Shown: one piece after another, positions 24,402 to 31,546 of the stretch | Layout of the letters: the number at the start of each line of letters is the position of its first letter | How positions within the stretch are numbered: the stretch's first letter is position 1 | Assembly (NCBI GenBank): GCA_043808015.1 | Contig: JAZDFI010000018.1 | Span: 1 to 31,546, forward strand | Length of the DNA: 31,546 bases | Direction: 5' to 3' | Source of the DNA: Candidatus Aenigmatarchaeota archaeon | GTDB taxonomy: Archaea > Aenigmatarchaeota > Aenigmatarchaeia > QMZP01 > QMZT01 | Notes under the pieces: model-generated | Database searches by the model: none | Told to the model about the DNA's origin: nothing | What the model saw: the letters and a program-made list of their open reading frames with translations, nothing else | Translations under genes and position numbers: made by a program

Positions 24402-25763
24402 CTACTCCAGGATGACTTCTCTAGAGAAGACTTTTGTCTTTCCCTCGTTTTCTGCTGCGCTCATCCTGTAGGAAAGGAATGCTCTCGGCATCTTGAGCTG
24501 CGCCTCGACGAGCGGCTGGACCTTGTATGAAAGGTAAATCTGGCTTCTCGGTTTCATGTCGCCGAGATTCCAGAAAAGCTCTGTCCCGTATTCCGTTTCC
24601 CTTATGACAGGCTTGGGTCCGCCGAACTCGGGAAGGACTTTACCAAGCGCCGTCACCCTGTCCTTGACTATGACGTTCTTCAGGTCGCTCATGACAGGGC
24701 CCTTTATCTCGAGGACTATGATGTGTTCGTTTCTCTTTTTCACGTGGCTCTTTTTTATCGACGGTGCCCTGATCTTGACCGCCCCCATCCCCAGAATGGC
24801 GACAAGGCAGAATATCATGATGAATGAACCGATGACGAACGGCAGCCTGCTTATGTTGTATACGAATGAGACGCTCTTGCCGACAGCGAGACCTTCTACG
24901 TGCCAGTTGTAGCTGACGTCGCTGCCGTCGATGACTGTGCTGGCCGGCGTGTCGACAAAGCCAACATACTGGTTCGCCTGCACGCTGTCGGAAGCGACGT
25001 AGTCTTCAGGGGTGTTGCCTTCGTTCGTGACTGTTATTATGACATCCTGGCCAAGCGGTGTGGAAACAGTTTCCCTTTTCGTCACGACCTTGTGAATCGC
25101 AGAGACCACGAACGAGCTCTGCGCCTTAACGCCGAACTCCGGCATCTCGACTTTCACCATGTAATTGCCGGCGAGAAGCTCGCCGAGCTCCACCGACTGT
25201 GAGACGACCGTCATGCCGCTGACCTGCTGCGTCACCTCGAAATGCTTTACCAAGTCGCCGTTGCCGTCAAAAACATCGAAAGGTATTTTCACGGTCCTGC
25301 TGCTCTTGGACGAAGTTTTCGCTTCAACCAGAAGCTGGGTTCCCGTGATTTCGCTTTTCAGCTCCCTGACATCGAACTCCTTTTCCGGAATGACTGTAAG
25401 CTCTATGGCTTTGGAATCAATCCTCTCCGGATGGTCTTTCGCATAAACAATGACATTATACTGGTATTTCCCCTCGAGCGTCGGGTAGAAAAAAAGGCCT
25501 ATATCCTGCATGCTGTTGCCGCCGATGGTGGTGTAATAACCGCCCAGGTTAAGCCATTCGAGATGCGGGCCGGTGACCGTTATTACAAGCTCCTCGGACA
25601 TCGGATAGTCATTATATATCTGTATATTATACCGTCCATTCTGTCCGGTCTCGACTTCGACTGAAGAAGGCGAGACGCTTATCTCGACGGCGCGCGCGGG
25701 ACTTGCAAAAAATGCGAGCGAAAAAATTGACAAAACACAGACTAATATGACTAGCTTTTTCAT
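24402..25763 (-). CDS. Membrane-anchored surface protein with Ig-like beta domains and a cytoplasmic C-terminal domain
   Basis: Signal peptide (..ASPARA/VEI), beta-rich extracellular region (ITVTNEGN), single TM (FVIGSFIMIFCLVAILGMGAV) followed by a Lys-rich stretch. Confidence 0.75.
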   Translation of the reverse strand: MKKLVILVCVLSIFSLAFFASPARAVEISVSPSSVEVETGQNGRYNIQIYNDYPMSEELVITVTGPHLEWLNLGGYYTTIGGNSMQDIGLFFYPTLEGKYQYNVIVYAKDHPERIDSKAIELTVIPEKEFDVRELKSEITGTQLLVEAKTSSKSSRTVKIPFDVFDGNGDLVKHFEVTQQVSGMTVVSQSVELGELLAGNYMVKVEMPEFGVKAQSSFVVSAIHKVVTKRETVSTPLGQDVIITVTNEGNTPEDYVASDSVQANQYVGFVDTPASTVIDGSDVSYNWHVEGLAVGKSVSFVYNISRLPFVIGSFIMIFCLVAILGMGAVKIRAPSIKKSHVKKRNEHIIVLEIKGPVMSDLKNVIVKDRVTALGKVLPEFGGPKPVIRETEYGTELFWNLGDMKPRSQIYLSYKVQPLVEAQLKMPRAFLSYRMSAAENEGKTKVFSREVILE

Positions 25764-25883
25764 ACTTCTTTATATCGCGTGCAGATTTAAATTATTTCAT
25801 TGAGCCTGCCGCGACGGCGAATGCGGTTTTTTGGATTTTTTTCATGGAAAAAATTATAAAAACCGCACTGACAATTAAGAAAC
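25764..25883. promoter_or_regulatory. Divergent promoters (surface protein / tpiA)
   Basis: ATTTAAAT at 25785-25792 and TTATAAAA at 25854-25861, each about 21-22 nt from its ATG. Confidence 0.55.
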
Positions 25884-26555
25884 ATGACTGTGAAAGATTC
25901 GCCGGTCCTGCTGATAAACTTCAAGACGTATGACGAGGGCACGGGAGCGAATGCGCTGAAGCTCGTCAAAGCCGCTTCCTTCGCTGGCGAAGCGGTAGAG
26001 ATAATATTCGCCGCTCAAGCGACAGACATCAGAATGCTGTCGAAAGAAACGCGCATTCCGATTTTCGCGCAGCACGTCGACCCTGTGAAGTTCGGCTCGA
26101 GCACCGGATGGATTCTACCTGAAGCGATAAAATCCGCCGGCGCGAGCGGCACGCTGCTGAACCATTCCGAAAGGCGCATCGACTTCGATACGGCGCGACG
26201 CTCGTTAGCGCGATGCCGCGAACTGGGCCTGCGCGTGGTCATGTGCGCCGAGTCGCCTGAGAAGGCGAAGGAGCTCGCGTCGCTAAGACCGGATTATATT
26301 GCAATCGAACCTCCGGAACTCATCGGAGGCGACGTATCAGTATCGAAGGCGCGACCCGAAGTGATAACTGAATCCGTACAGAAGGTCCACGCGGTCGCGC
26401 ACGTTCCTGTTCTCTGCGGCGCCGGCGTCAAGGATGGCGAAGACGTGCGCAAGGCTATCGCGCTGGGCGCGAAGGGCATACTCGTCGCTTCCGGCGTCGT
26501 GAAGTCAGCGAAACCGCTGGAAGCGATAAAGGATTTGCTGGCGGGGTTTGGGTAA
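25884..26555 (+). CDS. tpiA: Triosephosphate isomerase, archaeal short type
   Basis: INFKTY, AQHVD, LLNHSE, IEPPELIG, LCGAGV, LVASGVVK. Confidence 0.97.
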   Translation: MTVKDSPVLLINFKTYDEGTGANALKLVKAASFAGEAVEIIFAAQATDIRMLSKETRIPIFAQHVDPVKFGSSTGWILPEAIKSAGASGTLLNHSERRIDFDTARRSLARCRELGLRVVMCAESPEKAKELASLRPDYIAIEPPELIGGDVSVSKARPEVITESVQKVHAVAHVPVLCGAGVKDGEDVRKAIALGAKGILVASGVVKSAKPLEAIKDLLAGFG

Positions 26556-27066
26556 GGAAACTGGAATTATGTACAAGCATCATGTTTACTCCGCTTCAAG
26601 AATGAACTGGATAAAAAAGGGCAAGGCAAAAACCTCAGGGTGCCTTTTCTGCCGCGTCGCCAGCGATGACCCGCGCGTCGAGAAAGAAGTGATTTACAAG
26701 ACGAAGGACGTCATGGTCGCGCTTAACATCTATCCCTACAACACGGGCCATCTTCAGGTCGTCCCGATAAGGCACGTGGAGAAGCTCGATGAGCTGAGTG
26801 CGAATGAAGTCGCCGCGCTTTTCATCATGACGCAGAAATGCGTGAGGCTGCTGAAGAAAACGCTTAACCCGGACGGCTTCAACATCGGCATGAACATCGG
26901 AGGCGACGTCGCCGGCGCGTCTGTCATGCATCTTCACGTCCACGTGGTTCCGCGCTTCGTCAGGGACAGCGGCTTCATGGAGGCCGCGTGCGAGACGAAA
27001 GTCCTGCCGCTGACCGTCAGCCAGGTCGCGGAAAAGCTGAAGAAGGAAATAAAAATATTGAAGTGA
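26548..27066 (+). CDS. HIT-family nucleotide hydrolase (Ap4A hydrolase/phosphorylase-like)
   Basis: CLFC, LNIYPYNTGHL, GFNIGMN..AGA, HLHVHVVPR; start TTG 26548 or ATG 26569. Confidence 0.92.
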   Translation: MGKETGIMYKHHVYSASRMNWIKKGKAKTSGCLFCRVASDDPRVEKEVIYKTKDVMVALNIYPYNTGHLQVVPIRHVEKLDELSANEVAALFIMTQKCVRLLKKTLNPDGFNIGMNIGGDVAGASVMHLHVHVVPRFVRDSGFMEAACETKVLPLTVSQVAEKLKKEIKILK

Positions 27067-27080
27067 TTTTCACAATTGCT

Positions 27081-27581
27081 CTAAAATCTAATGCCCATTT
27101 CTCCGACAAATTTCTTCATGCCGTCAGAGTAATTTTCAGAACCGCTAATGCTAAGGGAATCCCAGTGGATATCGCTCAAAGTGCCTGCCATTTGTTCAAC
27201 GAGTTCCGATGCTTCCCGTAATACTCTTGTTTTTTCCTCTGATGTCATTTTTTTCAGGGCACTAACATTCGACAGCTGCATTCTTCTGCCAAGAATTCCG
27301 CTGCCAAGGTATTCATTGGGTGCATTATTTCTCGGTTTTATGAAATTCATCATGATTAAGCCCGGTTTAACTTGCCCTTTCGGCACAAATTCAAGATAAT
27401 GAGTTTTTACTCCGGGTGAAATTCTAATACGCACACTGCTCTTGTCTACCAAAACGCCAGCAACATCTGCATCTTTACCATGTGGGCTGTAAACAAAAAC
27501 CGGGGAGTCATTTCTGAATTCGAAATATGCGTTTCTCATGCTTCTGGGACCGACATCGGAATTGTAAGTTTGACCTAGCAT
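27081..27581 (-). CDS. Hypothetical protein, AT-rich
   Basis: 166-aa ORF fills the gap; TTTTTAAA box about 22 nt upstream of ATG; no recognisable motif. Confidence 0.6.
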   Translation of the reverse strand: MLGQTYNSDVGPRSMRNAYFEFRNDSPVFVYSPHGKDADVAGVLVDKSSVRIRISPGVKTHYLEFVPKGQVKPGLIMMNFIKPRNNAPNEYLGSGILGRRMQLSNVSALKKMTSEEKTRVLREASELVEQMAGTLSDIHWDSLSISGSENYSDGMKKFVGEMGIRF

Positions 27582-27703
27582 GAAATATTATCTGGAAGCA
27601 AGCTTTTTAAAAGTATTGTTTTCACTACTTCTTGGTTCTATATATGTATATAATATAGTCCGGGGTTCTGTCCGGAGTCTCCGGCTCTCAGGCTCTCGAG
27701 GAG

Positions 27704-28831
27704 CTATTTTTTGGCTTTCTTTGCCTTCTTTTCTCCCCTGACCACGAACTTCTTGTCCAGATCTTTCATTATCTCGACTATGCCGCCGTATTCCAGCTCG
27801 CTGTATGGCAGCATCGCCGGACCTGAGAACCCTTGCCTGCGGATTTCCTGCGCTTTCTTCGACACACGCGTCCTGACGAAGTCCCAGTAGGGGTGGTCGA
27901 ACGCATCAGCCGCCTCGGTAAGCTTGCCGTTGTGGACGCAGAAAGCCGCGCAGCTCACGACGGGCGGGCCGTCGAAGAACGAGATGGATGAATTAAGCTT
28001 GACCGGCATGAGAGGCCCCGTGTGGGAGCCGCGCATGAATCCAGCGACGTAGTGGCCTATCGTGAATGGCGAAAGTATCTCGCCGGTCGCCGGGAAGTCC
28101 TTCTGCACGCGCACCAGCATGACCGGGTCGTCCTTGCCCACGTATTTCCCAGCGATGTTATGGAGTCGCGTCGTGCTGACCGATGCTGCATGATCCCTCG
28201 TCGCCCGCGAATGTATCGACTCGACAACGAATCGTCCGTTATCGCGCAGCAGGGCTGCTATCTTATACATGTCTTCGGGCGTGTTGAGCTCGATGACGCG
28301 GTCGCCTTTCGTGTTCTCGACGTCCATTATGGTGAACTTGAATCCCTTGCCAAGGTTGCTGCTTAACAAAAGGCCTGCGCAGTGCATGGGGTCCGTGAAC
28401 GCGAGGTAAAGAGGCAGGTTGTACGCGCCTGGTTCCGTCTTGTCCGCGGCGAAGAACAGGAACGCCTCGTTGGGTCGCTCCTCGATTTCCATCTCTGCCA
28501 CGGCTGGCCCCATTCCTTTTATGTTCCCCGAGAACGAGTCTTTGAGCAGGTCCTGGCCGGCGCCGTAAAGGCCCTGGTCTTTTGCGACCTGCGTTCCCGC
28601 CTTGAAAGCGTCCCAGGCCAGCTTGTGTATTTTTTCGCTCTCGCACCCTAGCGCATGGGTCATGAGAATCGCTATGTCGTCTCCTGTGTAGCTTATGTAA
28701 TAATCCTTGAGCATGTCCTTGCCGTATTCGGCGATGAATTCGCGCACCGTATCGAGGACCCTGGCGCTCGGTTTTATGTGGCCCCCTATGCTGCCTATGT
28801 CCGCCTTTATCACAGAAATCGTAACCTTCAT
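27704..28831 (-). CDS. fbp: Fructose-1,6-bisphosphate aldolase/phosphatase (class V FBPase)
   Basis: SVIKADIG..GGH, GDDI, LYGAGQDLLKD, DKTEPGAYN, catalytic YVGKDDP, MRGSH; start MKVTISV at 28831. Confidence 0.97.
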   Translation of the reverse strand: MKVTISVIKADIGSIGGHIKPSARVLDTVREFIAEYGKDMLKDYYISYTGDDIAILMTHALGCESEKIHKLAWDAFKAGTQVAKDQGLYGAGQDLLKDSFSGNIKGMGPAVAEMEIEERPNEAFLFFAADKTEPGAYNLPLYLAFTDPMHCAGLLLSSNLGKGFKFTIMDVENTKGDRVIELNTPEDMYKIAALLRDNGRFVVESIHSRATRDHAASVSTTRLHNIAGKYVGKDDPVMLVRVQKDFPATGEILSPFTIGHYVAGFMRGSHTGPLMPVKLNSSISFFDGPPVVSCAAFCVHNGKLTEAADAFDHPYWDFVRTRVSKKAQEIRRQGFSGPAMLPYSELEYGGIVEIMKDLDKKFVVRGEKKAKKAKK

Positions 28832-28931
28832 ACCAACACCCCTCTTAGACGAATCCGATGCGTGCAAAATACATTGATAATTTATTCTGAAAACAGAACA
28901 ATAAAAAGTTTTTGATTCGCCGATTCGCTGT

Positions 28932-29186
28932 TTACTGGGCTTTTGCTTCCTGTTTCGCTTCCATGGCCTTGGCCGAGCTTATGCTCGTGTAGCCGCACTT
29001 GCCGCAGTAAAGCCTGTTTTTGTGCTTCGAGAGGATGACGCCTCCGCCGCATCGCGGGCAGAAGTTGTTCTTCCTGACGACCGTGTCGCCTTTAATTTCG
29101 TATTTCTTCCAGATTTTTATCGTCTCGTGCTTGCGCCCCTTGCGCACGCGCTTGCCTTTCGTCCTTACTTTCTTTTCCTTTCCCAT
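28932..29186 (-). CDS. rps27ae: 30S ribosomal protein S27ae
   Basis: RKNNFCPRCGGGVILSKHKNRLYCGKCGYT. Confidence 0.93.
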   Translation of the reverse strand: MGKEKKVRTKGKRVRKGRKHETIKIWKKYEIKGDTVVRKNNFCPRCGGGVILSKHKNRLYCGKCGYTSISSAKAMEAKQEAKAQ

Positions 29187-29218
29187 TTATCCACCCATGA
29201 ATATTATACTATTTTATA

Positions 29219-29509
29219 CTATTCGGCTGTGAGCTCGAATTTCCCGGCGCGGAATCCCTTTTTCGTGTGCATCTTGCCGCACTTTTTGCATATAAAGCGG
29301 AGATCGACTTTTTTGGTCGGTTTGCCTTCTCCGGTCGGCTTAGGTCTGGGGAAAGAACCGTAGCCGTCCATCTTCCGCTTGAAGCGTCTCTGCGACTGCG
29401 ACAGCGGATGCGCGCTGGAACGGCCTTTCCTCTTAGCCTGCTTGACCGTGTGCTCCATGTGCTTCTTGCACGTGGGACAATACGCATTGACAGTTTTAGG
29501 GAATTTCAT
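29219..29509 (-). CDS. rpl44e: 50S ribosomal protein L44e
   Basis: MKFPK....YCPTCKKH, GYGSFPRP, KPTKK.DLRFICKKCGK; start at 29509. Confidence 0.96.
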   Translation of the reverse strand: MKFPKTVNAYCPTCKKHMEHTVKQAKRKGRSSAHPLSQSQRRFKRKMDGYGSFPRPKPTGEGKPTKKVDLRFICKKCGKMHTKKGFRAGKFELTAE

Positions 29510-29627
29510 GCTCGCACCTATATAACAACTTATAATACTCATGTCAATTTATAAACTTATTCACTTCCAAGCCCGGCTTTTATGCGCACAGACAGGTTTT
29601 AAATTTCTTATCTTTTAACAGATAACC

Positions 29628-30059
29628 ATGCCTTCGATGCACTGGTTCAGACACTGGGACAAGATATTCTGGCTGTTTTTCATACTCATGTGTATCGCTA
29701 TCGCTATCGGTGGCGTGACGCGGCTGATATCGGCGGAGTTTTTCGTCGTGCTGGGCATATTCATGGTCATAATGGGCGCCGGGAAACTCGCTTCCGAGAT
29801 AACGCACAGGAAGGTCATGAACTACCAGGACGACATCTACAAGAAGCTGCACCAGATGTCCCAGCATATTGAGAAGACGTTCGAGCTGGCGAGCATGAAC
29901 AAGGAGAAAAACGAGTTCCGCATAGGCAAGCTGCACCAGAGCAGGAAAGACATGGACAAGAAGATTGACAAAAACTACCGAGATCTGGCGAGGAAAATAA
30001 TAGAAACGGAAAACAGCGTCAACAAACTGTACAAGATGACCGGCAACAAAAGGAAATAG
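29628..30059 (+). CDS. Hypothetical membrane protein (2 TM + coiled coil)
   Basis: Two N-terminal hydrophobic helices followed by a charged heptad-like region. Confidence 0.75.
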   Translation: MPSMHWFRHWDKIFWLFFILMCIAIAIGGVTRLISAEFFVVLGIFMVIMGAGKLASEITHRKVMNYQDDIYKKLHQMSQHIEKTFELASMNKEKNEFRIGKLHQSRKDMDKKIDKNYRDLARKIIETENSVNKLYKMTGNKRK

Positions 30060-30102
30060 GAAAAGGATAATAACCACGGATATAAAATAAATTCGTGGTC
30101 TC

Positions 30103-31350
30103 ATGTTTTTCGAGGTAATCGTCTTCGTCATACTAATAGCCCTGTCGGCTTTTTTCTCAGGCGCTGAAATAGCGCTTTTCTCGCTGGGCGACATAAGGGT
30201 CCGCAAGCTCGTCCGCCAGCGCAGGCGAGGGGCGAAACTGCTGCGCAAGCTCAAGGACAACCCCCACAGGCTACTGGTCACGATTCTTTTGTGCAACAAC
30301 CTTGTCAACATAACCGCTGCCGCCCTGGCGACCGTGACTTTTACTGCGATGTTCGGCTCGGGCGGCATAGGCATAGCGACCGGCATAATGACGTTCGTGC
30401 TGCTCATTTTCGGCGAGATAACGCCGAAATCATACTGCCACCACAACGCCGAAAAAGTGTCGCTGGTAGTGGTGGGCCCAATATACGTCCTCACCAAGGT
30501 GCTTTTCCCCTTTGTGATAACAGTGGAAAAACTCAGCCTCGGCATGCTCAGGCTGGTCGGCCACAGTAGGAAGCGGCAGCGCATAACAGAGGATGACATA
30601 AAGAGCGCGCTCAGCATGGGAGCCGAGCTCGGCGTCATAGACGAGGACGAGGAAGAGATGATAAGAAACATCTTCGACTTCGGCGACACCAGGGTGAGCG
30701 AGGTGATGGTGCCGAGGAGAGAGATGGTGGCCATACGCTCTGACAGGAAGCTTGGCGACGCGCTCATGAAAATGCTCGATTCCAGATATTCGAGGATGCC
30801 CGTTTACAAGGAAAAGTTCGACAACATAATAGGAGTCATACATATCAAGGACATGCTCAAGCACGTCAGGGAAAAGAGCTTCGACATGGCGATAGAGGAA
30901 ATCGTCTCCCCCGTCATGTTCGTGGACGAGGGCAAGAAGCTGGACGACCTGATGGATGACTTCAGGGAAAGGGGCATTCATCTGGCTATAGTCAGAACCG
31001 GCAGGAAGGTGAAGGGCCTGGTCACGTTCGAGGACCTGCTGGAGGAGATAGTCGGGGAAATATACGACGAGAGCGACGTAAAGGACTCGAAACTCAGACG
31101 GATGGACGAAAAAAGCATGATAGTCGACGCGGGCGCGTCCATAAGCGAGATACGCAAAGCGACCGGCATAGACTTCGGCCAGAAAAATCTCAAGACAATT
31201 TCCGAGCTTTTCGTCAGCAAGACCGGCAGAATGCCGAGGAAGGGTGACTGCATAAGATTCAATAATTTCAGGATAATAGTCAAGGACACCGACAGCCACA
31301 GGATAAAGAGGGTAAAGATCGTGAAAAAGAAAGGTAAGATAGGCAAGTGA
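30103..31350 (+). CDS. CNNM/CorB-type protein (DUF21-CBS pair-CorC; 'hemolysin' family), putative Mg2+/Co2+ transporter
   Basis: SAFFSGAEIALFS, FGEITPKS, VMVPR, YSRMPVY, GLVTFEDLLEEIVGEIYDE. Confidence 0.93.
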   Translation: MFFEVIVFVILIALSAFFSGAEIALFSLGDIRVRKLVRQRRRGAKLLRKLKDNPHRLLVTILLCNNLVNITAAALATVTFTAMFGSGGIGIATGIMTFVLLIFGEITPKSYCHHNAEKVSLVVVGPIYVLTKVLFPFVITVEKLSLGMLRLVGHSRKRQRITEDDIKSALSMGAELGVIDEDEEEMIRNIFDFGDTRVSEVMVPRREMVAIRSDRKLGDALMKMLDSRYSRMPVYKEKFDNIIGVIHIKDMLKHVREKSFDMAIEEIVSPVMFVDEGKKLDDLMDDFRERGIHLAIVRTGRKVKGLVTFEDLLEEIVGEIYDESDVKDSKLRRMDEKSMIVDAGASISEIRKATGIDFGQKNLKTISELFVSKTGRMPRKGDCIRFNNFRIIVKDTDSHRIKRVKIVKKKGKIGK

Positions 31351-31364
31351 TGCGACTTACAGAT

Positions 31365-31546
31365 TCACTCGAATTCTATAGTTCCCGGCGGCTTGTTGGT
31401 TATATCGTAGACCACGCGATTGACTTTTTTGCCTAAGACGTTCGTTATTTTTACCGAGATTTTATCAAGCACGTCGTGGGGAATCTTCGAATAAGAAGCG
31501 CTCATGCCATCGATGGATTCGACCGCGCGCAGCGCAATCATGTAGC
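31365..31546 (-). CDS. guaA: GMP synthase C-terminal end (partial)
   Basis: Manual translation: [59 protein letters not shown]. Confidence 0.93.
   Translation of the reverse strand, partial: YMIALRAVESIDGMSASYSKIPHDVLDKISVKITNVLGKKVNRVVYDITNKPPGTIEFE

Noticed and set aside
27660-27703. Short inverted/tandem repeats (CCGGA-gtc-TCCGG; GGCTCTC x2) after the fbp stop
   Set aside because: Too short to distinguish from chance; at most a weak terminator.
29580-31299. 395-aa and 289-aa minus-strand ORFs
   Set aside because: Antisense to the well-supported membrane protein and CNNM/CorC genes; composition typical of shadow ORFs.

Overview
Archaeal chromosomal segment; the compact split rpoB''/B' and rpoA'/A'' genes, fragmented ribosomal-protein operons and unlinked 5S rRNA suggest a DPANN-type lineage (inference, not tested). 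Left half (1-14.7 kb) is a dense signal-transduction island. It holds two kinase-less sensors (a multi-PAS/GAF protein and a membrane HAMP protein) that end in the same conserved 'LERF..L..GRELKMVE.K' coiled-coil tail, two orphan solute-binding lipoproteins each upstream of a membrane sensor, one histidine kinase and a stand-alone receiver. It also holds an inactive KaiC-like domain, two KaiC-like ATPases, a tandem V4R-like protein and a UbiA + radical SAM/SPASM pair. Right half is housekeeping: rpoH-B''-B'-A'-A'', rpl6-rpl32e, tpiA, HIT, FBP aldolase/phosphatase, rpl44e-rps27ae, a CNNM/CorC protein and the guaA 3' end. It includes an RNA cluster: tRNA-Tyr with two introns (37/38 and 59/60), a short 5S rRNA, tRNA-Asp, intron-containing tRNA-Lys and an unexplained cloverleaf-like RNA. 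Two microproteins missed by the ORF track were found. All family assignments are by motif recognition by eye; no searches were run.
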